Source: Bacteroidales bacterium
GTDB taxonomy: Bacteria > Bacteroidota > Bacteroidia > Bacteroidales > GCA-2711565
Direction of reading: 5' to 3'
Length of the DNA: 64,000 bases
Assembly (NCBI GenBank): GCA_963678785.1
Contig: OY787449.1
Span: 768,704-832,703, forward strand
In this document: one piece after another, positions 27,019 through 37,223 of the stretch
Layout: each line of letters opens with the position of its first letter
Numbering within the stretch: position 1 is the first letter of the stretch
The notes under the pieces: generated by a model
The model's database searches: none
What the model saw: the letters and a program-made list of their open reading frames with translations, nothing else
What the model was told of the DNA's origin: nothing
Program-made: the position numbers and the translations under genes

Positions 27019-28089
27019 TTACTCCCAGGGTTTAATTAAAACATCAATGGCACCCAAGCCGAATTTTGAAATAGAAGCTGTTTGATTCTCAACATTATCA
27101 TAATCCTTCAGAATTTTAATAATCGCATTCTTTAAAATTCCGTTGCCTACTCCATGAATAAAAGTGACCTTTTTATAATTATTTGTAATGGCACTTTCCA
27201 AACAATCGGTAAAATATTTCTTCTGCAAAGCAAACATATCGCGGCTTTCCATACCTGAAATATTATCGATTAATTCTGCAATGTGCAAATCAACTTCAGC
27301 CATTCGAGGCAAAGTTTGATGTTTATCAATTAAAGGGGATTTTTTCTTTTCAGTTGCTTTTTTGATCACTCTTTCGGGTTCTTCATCTTTAATTGGAACG
27401 TTTCCTATTTTATCCTGATTCAGAATCTCATTTAAAGAATAAACCAAAGCTTTTTGATTTACCAAAGGAGAATATTTATAACTATTCTCATTGTTTAATT
27501 TATTGCTTTTTATTTTGAAGACCGTATTGGCCGGCATGATTGCCGTACCGGCTTCATTATTATGATAAAGCACCTGAACAATTCCTTCTCGCCATGCTTC
27601 AATTTCTTCCCGGTCGAGGCTGTTGATCAACAAAGCATTTTCCGATTCAATGGAATTATAATCATATCCATAATAAGCGCCCTGATCATCTTTTAACATC
27701 AAATTAAAAAGGATGTCGTAAGGGGTATGATTTACAAGATAGATATCCAGTATTCCGGTAATCATCCATTTTTGATCCTGAGGAACCAAAGCCAGATAAA
27801 TACCATTGGCCTCATTTTTGGCGTAATCAACTTTCAGAATTTGTGCATCCGAATCTTCACTTTCCGACACGGCAATACTGGAGGGCAAATCGACCTTAAA
27901 ATCTTCCTTAAACATACTTTCGGCATGTGTTACAACAGGCTCAACCAAAACCAAATCAGTAACCATGGTTGGGATATCGAAACCATCTTCAACCGCAACA
28001 TTTACCATTTTCGAACTAATAACCTTACTCACAACTCCGCCACCTGCTTCGTTCAAAAATTTAACCTTATCTCCTACTTTTAATCCCAT
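27019..28089 (-). CDS. Smr domain protein (DUF2027 N-terminal region + C-terminal Smr/MutS2-like nuclease domain)
   Basis: 356 aa. C-terminal VDLHIAEL...VTFIHGVGNGILKNAI matches the Smr fold signature. Confidence 0.7.
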   Translation of the reverse strand: MGLKVGDKVKFLNEAGGGVVSKVISSKMVNVAVEDGFDIPTMVTDLVLVEPVVTHAESMFKEDFKVDLPSSIAVSESEDSDAQILKVDYAKNEANGIYLALVPQDQKWMITGILDIYLVNHTPYDILFNLMLKDDQGAYYGYDYNSIESENALLINSLDREEIEAWREGIVQVLYHNNEAGTAIMPANTVFKIKSNKLNNENSYKYSPLVNQKALVYSLNEILNQDKIGNVPIKDEEPERVIKKATEKKKSPLIDKHQTLPRMAEVDLHIAELIDNISGMESRDMFALQKKYFTDCLESAITNNYKKVTFIHGVGNGILKNAIIKILKDYDNVENQTASISKFGLGAIDVLIKPWE

Positions 28090-28158
28090 TTTTATAAACT
28101 TTAATCATTCAATTTTAATTGGCCGCAAAAGTACAATATTTAAATCAATTTCAGCAGA

Positions 28159-28177
28159 TATAGGGACGTCGTCCCTA
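28159..28177. repeat. ATAGGGACGTCGTCCCTAT palindrome, copy 2
   Basis: Shares the 17-mer AGGGACGTCGTCCCTAT and the downstream TTATTTTT with the copy at 3800-3816. Here both flanking genes are on the minus strand. Confidence 0.5.
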
Positions 28178-28180
28178 TGG

Positions 28181-30148
28181 TTATTTTTGAGATGGGCTTA
28201 AAATCGCAGCCCATCCCCCACCCGGAGCAAGTTCTAGTTTAAATTTTTGATCTCGATTCACATTGGTCATTTCCATTATATAATCACTACCATAGCGATG
28301 TGCATTTTTGCCATCTTTAAAAATTTCAGCTTTGTAGCTTCCTTTCTCTAAAAAGGATAAATCAATTTCAAGGTTCCTGGCATCCAAATTGGTCATCGCA
28401 CCCACATACCATTTTTCTCCTTTTCTTCTGGCGATGGCTATCACCTCTCCAATCTTGGCTTTCAGCACTTTGGTTTCATCCCAAACCGTTGGTATTTTTG
28501 CGATAAACCGGGTGCATTCCTCTTCTTTCATATAATTGGAAGGATTATCAGCCATCATTTGAAGCGGGCTTTCAAAAACCACATACATGGCCAATTGATG
28601 ACAGCGGGTTCCCATGCTCATGGGGCGGTTCCAGGATATTCTAAAGTTTTTCTGCTGGGCGTTAATCATGGCACCCGGAGTATAATCCATTGGACCAGCC
28701 AGCATTCGAATAAACGGAATGGTTACATTATGGGTTGGGGTTTGGGTATCTGCCCACTTATTGTGCTCCAAGCCCCGAAGGCCTTCGCGGGTGATAACGT
28801 TTGGATAAGCACGTCGGAGTCCTGAGGGTTTATAATTCCCGTGAAAATCAACCAATAAATGATGGTCGGCCGCTTTGCGTGCAATTTTGTGATAATAATT
28901 TACCATCCATTGATCGTCGCGCTGCATAAAATCAACCTTGATTCCTTTCACTCCCCATTTCTCAAATTGCGCTAAACTTTCATCCAACTGATCATCCAGG
29001 GTTTTCCATACGACCCACAAAATGACTCCCACTCCTTTTGATTTTGCATAAGTGGTAATTTCTTCCATATCAATCTCAGGAACTATTTTTGACAAATCGC
29101 CCAATTCATACCAGCCTTCATCCATGATGATGTATTCAATTCCGTATTTAGCCGCAAAATCGATGTAATATTTATAGGTTTTTGTATTGACACCGGCCTC
29201 AAAATCTACGCCATAAATATTGTTATAATTCCACCAATCCCAGGCAACTTTACCGGGTTTTATCCAGGAAGCATCTTTAATTTGATTTGGTTTTGCAAGA
29301 ATATACGAAAGCTGATTTGTAATTAAATCGGCATCGTTTTCGGCAATGGCAATTATTCTCCACGGAAAAGATCTTTCACCTTTGGTTTTCGCCAAATAAT
29401 CCTCTCTTTCAGTAACCCTCACACTTCGATCATTTTCCTGTACTTCTTTTGAAGGGTAAGCCGGGAAGATTCCGGTAAATTCAAAATATCCGCTCGAAGG
29501 TTTTAGCCACATCCCAGGATAATCTTCTAAATCTGTTTCAGTAATCACCATTTTCACACCACCCTCGGCCTCAACCAGCATGGGCAAACTGCAAAATTGC
29601 TCGTCTTTTATTTCTGAAATTTTATAATTTTTATAATAGCGTTCATTGTGCGAATGAAAGCTGGTTTCTTCGGGGAAATAGGTCATAAAATCATTGGGAA
29701 AACCAAAATCAGCTTCTTCGTTTTTAACGACAATTTCACCTTTCATACGGGTTTTAAATCGATAAGCTACTCCTTCATTAAAAGCCCTGAATTCAATACT
29801 AAATTTCTTTTTAAAAACAATTTCCAGAGAATTAAAATTTTCGGAGATGCTTGAACTTTTTACCGAAACCACCGGATATAAAACACCTTCATGATGATCT
29901 TTTATCACTTTTTTTACCTCGGGCATACTCCCCAGCACCACATCCTGATCGAGGCTGAGAGAGATACGGGAATAATCAAGCACCAATTTATCCTTGAACT
30001 TCACGGCATAATGAATGTCATTTTCAATAATGATGCTAACTTCTATTGAGTTATTAGGTGATTTTAAATTGAAAATCTGAGCTTCAGCATCAAAACTTAG
30101 GAAAGCAATAATGAGGATGGCAGATAAGCTAAAAAATGATTTTTTCAT
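28181..30148 (-). CDS. Glycoside hydrolase family 97 (SusB-like alpha-glucosidase/alpha-galactosidase)
   Basis: ORF 28181-30214, with the likely start at ATG 30148 (MKKSFFSLSAILIIAFLSFDAEAQ). GH97-like blocks GIEYIIMDEGW, WGVKGIKVDFM, LVDFHG. Confidence 0.8.
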   Translation of the reverse strand: MKKSFFSLSAILIIAFLSFDAEAQIFNLKSPNNSIEVSIIIENDIHYAVKFKDKLVLDYSRISLSLDQDVVLGSMPEVKKVIKDHHEGVLYPVVSVKSSSISENFNSLEIVFKKKFSIEFRAFNEGVAYRFKTRMKGEIVVKNEEADFGFPNDFMTYFPEETSFHSHNERYYKNYKISEIKDEQFCSLPMLVEAEGGVKMVITETDLEDYPGMWLKPSSGYFEFTGIFPAYPSKEVQENDRSVRVTEREDYLAKTKGERSFPWRIIAIAENDADLITNQLSYILAKPNQIKDASWIKPGKVAWDWWNYNNIYGVDFEAGVNTKTYKYYIDFAAKYGIEYIIMDEGWYELGDLSKIVPEIDMEEITTYAKSKGVGVILWVVWKTLDDQLDESLAQFEKWGVKGIKVDFMQRDDQWMVNYYHKIARKAADHHLLVDFHGNYKPSGLRRAYPNVITREGLRGLEHNKWADTQTPTHNVTIPFIRMLAGPMDYTPGAMINAQQKNFRISWNRPMSMGTRCHQLAMYVVFESPLQMMADNPSNYMKEEECTRFIAKIPTVWDETKVLKAKIGEVIAIARRKGEKWYVGAMTNLDARNLEIDLSFLEKGSYKAEIFKDGKNAHRYGSDYIMEMTNVNRDQKFKLELAPGGGWAAILSPSQK

Positions 30149-30323
30149 AGGGTTTAGTTTCAAGATTAGAATTAAACTCATTTTGTCCCTCGACTGCATT
30201 TCGACTTTTCTCAATGCTTAGCTCGGGATCAGTTCGACTGAATAATTTTATTAAACAAAATTTTAGTCTCACTGAATTAAAAACGTAAATTTAACCAATC
30301 CAAAGTGAATAAAAAATTTTACC

Positions 30324-31205
30324 ATGAAGAAGCAGATTTCAGTTGAAAGAATTTTCCAAATTGATTTAAACAGCGGAAAAAGTGAAGCAGATAACAGTAC
30401 CCTTACCAAAGAGCGGCTTTTTGATGAGCAAGGAAATACCACAAAGGAAGTTAGCTACAATCCTCCTGGAATTGTTGATCAAACGATTGAAAGCCAATAC
30501 GACGAAAAAAACCGGTTGATTGAAGAATCTTGCTTTGATGAAGAAGATGAATTATTGGAGAAAACCATTTTTTATTGGGATAATGACAAAAAAATAAAAG
30601 AGGAAAAACATTATCTGGACGGGTCCATTGACACCACTACTTTTACGTACAATACAAATGGTCAGCTCACCGAAAAAATGTGTAAAGACGACGAAGATGA
30701 AATAGAGAATAAGGAGTTATTTAACTATGATGGTAAGCGACTTAATGAGCACATGCTTTTTGAAGGAGAAGATGAACTTATTGAGAAAAAAACCTTTGTT
30801 TTTGAAAATGACAAGTTGATTTCTGAAACCCATTTGGATGCCATAGAAGGTGATGAAACCAGAAAAGAATTTCGTTATGATGCGGATGGAAATATTGCGA
30901 AAGAATTGAATTACAATCCAAAGAACCAACTCATCAAGAAAACCGAATTCTTAAAATACAAAGGGCAATATGTAATAGAATTCCGAGAGGAAGATCGCTA
31001 TAAAAACAACATAACCAAACTCACATACAATGAATATGACAACATCATACTTCAGGAGCAATTTAGCATTGATGGGGAGCTGAATCATCGGATTGAGCGC
31101 AACTTTGATGATGGGCAACGATTGCTTGAAAGTTTAACTTTTGTAAATACACAAGGTCAGGGAGTGAATCTACATTTCAAAGAAGTGCATAAATATGAAT
31201 TCTGA
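30324..31205 (+). CDS. Acidic cytoplasmic protein made of YD/RHS-like short repeats; function unknown
   Basis: 293 aa, no signal peptide. Recurrent motifs of about 20-24 aa: FDEQGNTTKEV, YDEKNRLIEES, YNTNGQLTEKM, NYDGKRLNEHM, RYDADGNIAKEL. Confidence 0.5.
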   Translation: MKKQISVERIFQIDLNSGKSEADNSTLTKERLFDEQGNTTKEVSYNPPGIVDQTIESQYDEKNRLIEESCFDEEDELLEKTIFYWDNDKKIKEEKHYLDGSIDTTTFTYNTNGQLTEKMCKDDEDEIENKELFNYDGKRLNEHMLFEGEDELIEKKTFVFENDKLISETHLDAIEGDETRKEFRYDADGNIAKELNYNPKNQLIKKTEFLKYKGQYVIEFREEDRYKNNITKLTYNEYDNIILQEQFSIDGELNHRIERNFDDGQRLLESLTFVNTQGQGVNLHFKEVHKYEF

Positions 31206-31229
31206 GACTAGATTAATCAAAAGCTAAAG

Positions 31230-32570
31230 TTATACCGTTCTGGAAACCACGGCTTTGGTTTTCCATCGACCGGTCAGATAATACAGATAAGAAAGTGACA
31301 TTCCAACAATCCAAGCGATAGGGATACCCCACCAAATACCTACAACTCCAAATCTTTGCGACAAATAATAACAAACCGGAATACGCACCACCCAAAGTGC
31401 AATAAAGGTAATAAACATTGGAATTAATGTATCTCCGGCTCCACGCATCACAGCGCCGATGGTAAACATGGTTGTAAAGCTAATATAGAAGAAACTTACG
31501 ATCCGCAAATATTCAACCCCAATAGCAATCACATTTTCATCAGAAGTAAAAAGCTGCATTAGAGGTCTGCTAAAAGTGAAAGCAATAGCTGCCACAGTTA
31601 ACGCAATGGCCATCGTCATATATAAAGTAGAAACCAAACCTCTTTTTACTCTTTCGGGTTTATTGGCTCCGATGTTTTGCCCAACAAATGTTGAAAGCGC
31701 AGCGGCAAACATCATGGCCGGCATCGAAGCAAAAGCATCCACCCTGAAAACCACAGAATATGCCGCAGTTGTATCCGTACCAAACGGATTAACCAGCCAA
31801 TACATCACCATCATACTTAAGGCAACAAAAACCTGTTGAAATCCGATGGGAAATCCAATACGAGAACTTTGCTTAAAAATAAACCTGTCAAAAACCAGCC
31901 GTCTCCACGAAAGATTAATAACCTCGTGGGTATTGTTTAAATAGATAATGGCCGTAATAAAAGCCCCACCCTGAGCAATAAGGGTTGCCAAAGCAACTCC
32001 GGCTATTCCCCACTTAAACCAAAGTACAAAAATCAAATCAAAAATAATATTGGCGATGGTTGACAAGATCATAAAATAGAGTGGCGTTTTTGAATCACCC
32101 AAACCCCTTAATATGGCACTTGTACCATTAAAGCCAAAAAACAACACCAAACCCGATAAATAAATCCGAAGATAGGTCACGGCACCAGGAATTACCTCTT
32201 CCGGCAATTTGGTTAAACGGAATATTTGTTCAGCAAAGGTAATGCCTAAAAGGCTAACAAGGATGGAAGCAAAAAATAAAAAGATGTATAAAGTATCGAT
32301 GGCCCGAAGTACTTTTTTCATATCCTTGGCCCCAAAAAACTGGGCAATCACAATGGTTGATCCGGTGGCAATACCAATGATTAATGAAATAAGTGTAAAA
32401 ATGATTGGGAAGGAAGCTCCAACGGCTGCCAGTGCTTCTTTACCAATATAATTACCCACAATGGCGCTATCAATAACATTATAAAGTTGTTGAAAAATAT
32501 TACCCAATAACATGGGCATCGCAAACTTAAAAATGAGGGGGCCTTCTTTCCCTATGCTTAAATCTTTCAA
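31230..32570 (-). CDS. MATE family efflux transporter
   Basis: 446 aa, 12 TM-like segments. N-terminal IFKFAMPMLLGNIFQQLYNVIDSAIVG signature. Confidence 0.85.
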   Translation of the reverse strand: MKDLSIGKEGPLIFKFAMPMLLGNIFQQLYNVIDSAIVGNYIGKEALAAVGASFPIIFTLISLIIGIATGSTIVIAQFFGAKDMKKVLRAIDTLYIFLFFASILVSLLGITFAEQIFRLTKLPEEVIPGAVTYLRIYLSGLVLFFGFNGTSAILRGLGDSKTPLYFMILSTIANIIFDLIFVLWFKWGIAGVALATLIAQGGAFITAIIYLNNTHEVINLSWRRLVFDRFIFKQSSRIGFPIGFQQVFVALSMMVMYWLVNPFGTDTTAAYSVVFRVDAFASMPAMMFAAALSTFVGQNIGANKPERVKRGLVSTLYMTMAIALTVAAIAFTFSRPLMQLFTSDENVIAIGVEYLRIVSFFYISFTTMFTIGAVMRGAGDTLIPMFITFIALWVVRIPVCYYLSQRFGVVGIWWGIPIAWIVGMSLSYLYYLTGRWKTKAVVSRTV

Positions 32571-32625
32571 ATATTTATAATTTCGAGATTATGTATGATT
32601 TTAGTTAATCTTAGTCGTTTTTACC

Positions 32626-32895
32626 TTACTTTTTCTTTTTCAATATCCGTGAAGGTGAAGTCATATCCTTTAAACCAGAACTAACGTTATTTATCTCTGA
32701 TGAAATATCCTTAATATCTTTGGCCAGTTCATTTTCTTCGGTCATTTTCTTAACATCCTTAATTCCCGACCCCAAACCTCTCATCAATTCAGGTATCCGT
32801 TTGCTTCCGAACAAAATCACCAAAACCAAAACGATAATAATGATTTCGGGTCCACCCATTAATCCAAGAAGTACAAAACACATTGACATATTCAT
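32626..32895 (-). CDS. tatA: Twin-arginine translocase subunit TatA/E
   Basis: Single TM plus amphipathic helix GGPEIIIIVLVLVILFGSKRIPELMRGLGSGIKDVKK. The true start may be one of the internal Met codons near 32883-32889. Confidence 0.85.
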   Translation of the reverse strand: MNMSMCFVLLGLMGGPEIIIIVLVLVILFGSKRIPELMRGLGSGIKDVKKMTEENELAKDIKDISSEINNVSSGLKDMTSPSRILKKKK

Positions 32896-33033
32896 TTTAT
32901 TTGTGACAAAAGTACTAAAACAAATGCAAAATGTTTAAAACGAATAAAAGTTCAAAACAGAAAACTTTAACAATTCAAATTTCTTCTGATTCCAGAATAT
33001 CTTTCATTTGTATAAATAATGTAATTTTGCAAT

Positions 33034-33434
33034 GATTTTCAAACGATTCTATCGCTGTTTCGCCTCTGGCGAGAGAGAGGAAAGTCGGGACAACATCGAG
33101 CACCATACTTCCTAACAGGAAGGCTTCAATCATTGATTGAATACAGCAAGTGCCGCAGAAAATAACCGCCCTGAGCAAGTCGAAGGGCAAGGGTGAAAAT
33201 GTGAGGTAAAAGCTCACGGGTTGCTAAGGTGACTTAGTAATCGGGTAAACCTTATGGGTTGAAAAGCCAAATATACTCCGGCCCCGCTTAGGCGGGATAG
33301 AAGTTGCTCACTAAATTATGTACGCATAAACCGGAGCGGGTAGGCTGCTAAAGCTTAATGGTAACATTAAGTTTAGATAAATGATAGAAAGTCCGGTTTC
33401 GGATTACAGGATCCCGCTTATCAGTTTGAAAATT
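33034..33434 (+). ncRNA. rnpB: RNase P RNA, bacterial type A
   Basis: Conserved blocks GAGAGGAAAGTCGGGAC (P4 5' strand), GCCGCAGAAAATAACCGCC, GGGTAAAC and ACAGGATCCCGCTTATC (P4 3' strand). 5' gattttcaaac pairs with 3' gtttgaaaat (P1). Ends are approximate. Confidence 0.9.
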
Positions 33435-33439
33435 ATTAA

Positions 33440-33470
33440 TAAGGCTGTTTAAAGATTTAAAACAGCCTTA
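33440..33470. terminator. Hairpin between rnpB and the 3' end of the hybrid kinase gene (possible bidirectional terminator)
   Basis: AAGGCTGTTTaaagatttaAAACAGCCTT: perfect 10-bp stem with AT-rich flanks on both sides. Confidence 0.5.
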
Positions 33471-33560
33471 TTAATTAAATTAAACTTTTTTCTTCCCCAA
33501 TAATTATACTTTGATATATAAGCTTTATTTAAGCCAAACTACTAATAATGTATGGGTTGT

Positions 33561-36500
33561 TCAAACATATCTTGTTAGGAGTTTGAAGAGTCGGGTTTTA
33601 TCAATGGGTTTGGAAATGTAATCATTGCAACCCGCTGCCAGACATTTTTCACTATCGCCGGCTATGGCATAAGCCGTTTGAGCAATAATGGGCAGATCGC
33701 TTCTAAATTCTCTTATTTTCCTGGTTGCCTCCAATCCATCCATGATAGGCATATTTATATCCATTAATACCAAATCAATGTCAGGATTTTCTTTACATTT
33801 CTGAACTGCCAATTTTCCGTTACTTGCCCAAATCAAATCAACTTCTTCATTTTGGAGAAAAACGTTAATCAGTTCAACACTGGTTTCATCATCTTCAACA
33901 AATAGTATTTTTTTACCTTTAAATTTCAATGCTTTATTATCTAATTTGGGAGTCTTCTCTTGACTTCCTATTTCAACCTCCTTATAGGGAAGGGTAAAGT
34001 AAAATGTACTCCCTTGGCCTACAATTGAATCAACACCCATACTTCCTCCCAACAACTCTGTAAGCCTTTTAGAGATAGCTAAACCAATCCCAGTACCTCC
34101 ATATCCGCGTACATGTGTATCATCTACCTGTCTGAAAACCTGAAAAATAATGTCATAATTTTCTTTTGGAATACCAATTCCTGTATCCTTAACATAAAAC
34201 TTCAACACAGAAGGAACAGCTGATTTATCAATACTACATCCGCATTCAACGATGCCCTGATGGGTAAACTTAAGTGCATTTTTCAATAGGTTGATCAAAA
34301 TCTGTCGAAGCTTCACAGCATCCGTAACTATTTCCAATTTTTGGATGTTTTTGGGGATAACAAAACTCAGTTTAATTTGTTGCTTGTTTTTGGTTTGCTG
34401 TTCTTTAATTATTATTTCCTGAACTTCGTTGAAGAATGACGAAAGGTTTACTTTCGCTTTTTGCACCTTCATTTCCCCTGATTCGATGAGGGTAAAATCA
34501 AATAGGCCCTCCACAATTCCGAGTAAATGATTACCACTAACATTTATCGTATTTGCAAAAACAACCAAATCCTTTTTTGTCATTTCTTCACTCATGAGAT
34601 CGGAAAAACCAATGATCGAATTTAAAGGTGTTCTGAGTTCATGAGACATGGTTGCCAGGAAAACAGATTTTAAACGATCGCTTTCTTCAGCTTTTTCTTT
34701 TGAGAGTATCAATTCTCTTTCCTTGTTTTTTCGTTCAGTAATATCAGAGGCAACCCCAATAAGTCCAAGAGTGTTTCCTTCTTTATCTTTTATGCTTGTT
34801 GTGGAGAGAGAGATGGGAAATTCGCTTCCATCTTTTCTTTTATTCATCAACTCTCCCCTCCATGAATCCTTTATCGTGTCAGGCAGGATTTTACTGACTA
34901 CTTCAAGAGAATTCTTTTCTGAACGAACTATACTCATAGGTTTTCCTATAATTTCATCTTTTTCAAACCCATAAGTGGTTAAGAAAGTTTCATTCACAAA
35001 TAAAATTTTATCGTCAGTATCTGTAATACTCACACATTCATTTACACTTTTTAATGAATGAGCTAACATTAAAATTTCCTCTTCGGTTTTTTTTCTTTTT
35101 GTAATATCCCACAAATACGATTGTGTCCCTTTACATTTTTTATTCTCATTGTAAACTTCACTGATGTCAATTTCAATATGTATGGTTGTACCGTCTTTTC
35201 TGATGGCCCTAAATTCATATCTGGATGGTACTTCTTCACCTTTAACCCTTTTTAAATGAAGATCTCGAACAAATTCATAATCATCGGGATGAACCAAAGA
35301 CTTATGAGATAAGCCCTTTAATTCTTCTTTGGTGTAACCAAATAATTCCAAAAATTGATTGTTGCAATAAATCAAGTTACCTTTAACATCATCAATTCCT
35401 ACACCGATGTTTCCTTTCTCAACAAGGTCTTTATACTGATCTTTAATCTTGTTTAATTCCTGCTCAGCTTTCTTCCGATCTGAAATATCGCGCACAGCAA
35501 CAACACGCAGATTTTTATTCTCACCATTAACACTCATGTCCTTCCCTTCAATCTCAATCGGGAATAAAGAGCCATCTTTTTTTATCCCAATAGCTTCATA
35601 TGGTTTTGCATGTTTCTGTTTAACTTTTTTTGAAATCAGAATGTGTGAATCTTTATGAATTAATTGTTGAATGATATTTTTCCCAACCAATTCATCATAT
35701 TTATATCCAAACATCTTCGCTGCTGAATCATTTGCATCAATAGCAATTCCATTCTGATGGATAACGATTCCTTCAAAAGTAATTCCAGATAGTTTTTTGA
35801 ATCGTGATGTGCTTTCATTTATGGTTTGCTCCGCTTTTTTCATTTCAACAGCTGTAGAAATCTGACCAGCAACAAACTCCATTAAATCAAGATCTTTTTG
35901 AGTATATGCATCTGATCGTTCATAATTCTGTACACTGAACAAGCCAATGACCTCACCTTTCCTGATTAAAGGCACGCCCAACCATACTTCTGAAAGTGTA
36001 CCATAAATTTCAATTTCCCCATCTTCTTGCATCTTCAGAGCCTTCTGTTTGTCTACCAGCAGTGGCTTAGCCGTTTTTAACACATAACCGCTAATGGAAT
36101 TATCAGCAGGCCAACTGCCAAATTCATCTTTTTCATCCTTAACATTGGGTGATGAGAAAGAATTGGTTTCATGATCATAAAGGGCAATGTAAAAGTTACC
36201 AGTATCAATGAACTTTGATAAAGATTCTCTGATTTTATTTACTAACTCTTTGAGATTTTTAGAAGTAATGGTAGCTTGTGTGATATCAAACAACACCTCC
36301 TTAACTTTATCAGCATACTTACGGCGGCTAATGTCTCGGTTATTACCTCTTCGTCCTTTAAGATTTCCATCTTGATCAAATATTGGGATACAAGTATGCT
36401 CAAGCCACTTTTCTTCACCACTTTTTGAAATGATTCGGAACTCCATAGAAAACTCATCTAATTCATTGAGGCACTCACTTTCGTAATGGTCCCTGACTTG

Positions 36501-37064
36501 ATCAAGATCATCAGGATGTACCATCTCAAACAATAAGCTTGAATTCGCCATAAATTCCTCAGGATTATAACCGCTAATATTCTTGCATGAAGGTGAAACA
36601 TAAAGGTAACTTGAATGAGGATTTATCCAATATTCCCAATCGTGGGTATGATCAGCCAGAAGTCTGAATTTGGTTTCACTTTTACTTAAAGCCATCTCTG
36701 TTTCCTTCCGGATTGCAATCTCATTTTGAAGTGGTTCAATTGCAAGCCTTTTTAAGATCAACCATAGAGATCCTATAAAAATTATTACAATAATCCCTGT
36801 TATTGCAACAAAAAGCCCCATCAACTTAAACTGGCCTCTTCTTGCATCAGACATATCATACCTTATTTCAAATTTTACGATTTGCCCAATCGGTGATTTA
36901 AATGAATGTTTAAGATCATAATAATAAACGACCTCCCTGTCCTTTAAAAATTCAATCAATGGTTTATCATCATTGAGACTCATGTTCAGAAGCAAAATGT
37001 TTGAATCTTTTTCGCTCCACAACATCATTTGCTCTTCAATTTTCTCATAATCATTTGTGATCAA
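33561..37064 (-). CDS. Hybrid sensor histidine kinase (TM, multiple PAS, GAF, HisKA, HATPase_c, receiver); main ORF downstream of an in-frame stop
   Basis: 1167-aa ORF. H-box SHELRTPLNSIIGFSDLM, G-boxes DTGIGIP and GGTGIGLAISKRLTELLGG, receiver DLVLMDINMPIMDGLE. Several PAS-like blocks and a GAF-like block. The listed start is a TTG, in frame with the fragment at 37095-37223. Confidence 0.85.
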   Translation of the reverse strand: MITNDYEKIEEQMMLWSEKDSNILLLNMSLNDDKPLIEFLKDREVVYYYDLKHSFKSPIGQIVKFEIRYDMSDARRGQFKLMGLFVAITGIIVIIFIGSLWLILKRLAIEPLQNEIAIRKETEMALSKSETKFRLLADHTHDWEYWINPHSSYLYVSPSCKNISGYNPEEFMANSSLLFEMVHPDDLDQVRDHYESECLNELDEFSMEFRIISKSGEEKWLEHTCIPIFDQDGNLKGRRGNNRDISRRKYADKVKEVLFDITQATITSKNLKELVNKIRESLSKFIDTGNFYIALYDHETNSFSSPNVKDEKDEFGSWPADNSISGYVLKTAKPLLVDKQKALKMQEDGEIEIYGTLSEVWLGVPLIRKGEVIGLFSVQNYERSDAYTQKDLDLMEFVAGQISTAVEMKKAEQTINESTSRFKKLSGITFEGIVIHQNGIAIDANDSAAKMFGYKYDELVGKNIIQQLIHKDSHILISKKVKQKHAKPYEAIGIKKDGSLFPIEIEGKDMSVNGENKNLRVVAVRDISDRKKAEQELNKIKDQYKDLVEKGNIGVGIDDVKGNLIYCNNQFLELFGYTKEELKGLSHKSLVHPDDYEFVRDLHLKRVKGEEVPSRYEFRAIRKDGTTIHIEIDISEVYNENKKCKGTQSYLWDITKRKKTEEEILMLAHSLKSVNECVSITDTDDKILFVNETFLTTYGFEKDEIIGKPMSIVRSEKNSLEVVSKILPDTIKDSWRGELMNKRKDGSEFPISLSTTSIKDKEGNTLGLIGVASDITERKNKERELILSKEKAEESDRLKSVFLATMSHELRTPLNSIIGFSDLMSEEMTKKDLVVFANTINVSGNHLLGIVEGLFDFTLIESGEMKVQKAKVNLSSFFNEVQEIIIKEQQTKNKQQIKLSFVIPKNIQKLEIVTDAVKLRQILINLLKNALKFTHQGIVECGCSIDKSAVPSVLKFYVKDTGIGIPKENYDIIFQVFRQVDDTHVRGYGGTGIGLAISKRLTELLGGSMGVDSIVGQGSTFYFTLPYKEVEIGSQEKTPKLDNKALKFKGKKILFVEDDETSVELINVFLQNEEVDLIWASNGKLAVQKCKENPDIDLVLMDINMPIMDGLEATRKIREFRSDLPIIAQTAYAIAGDSEKCLAAGCNDYISKPIDKTRLFKLLTRYV

Positions 37065-37094
37065 CGATCCTTGAGAAATTGCTTCGAGGATATT

Positions 37095-37223
37095 TTAATC
37101 CCAATATACCTTATCTTCGATATTTTTGATCAAATTATTGTTCACCACCTTGTTTAAAATGGTGCCAATCAACATAAATGAGATAATGATAAAGAAACTT
37201 AAGGCCCAAAATGCTTTTTTCAT
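37095..37223 (-). pseudogene. 42-codon N-terminal fragment (first TM helix) of the hybrid kinase, ended by an in-frame TAA
   Basis: ATG at 37223 (ATGA overlap with the upstream gene) encodes MKKAFWALSFFIIISFMLIGTILNKVVNNNLIKNIEDKVYWD, then TAA at 37097-37095. The same frame continues NILEAISQGSLITNDYEK... into the 1167-aa ORF. Confidence 0.7.

Noticed and set aside
32975-33217. 80-aa minus-strand ORF
   Set aside because: It overlaps the 5' half of the RNase P RNA gene, whose conserved P4 and other blocks are unambiguous on the plus strand.
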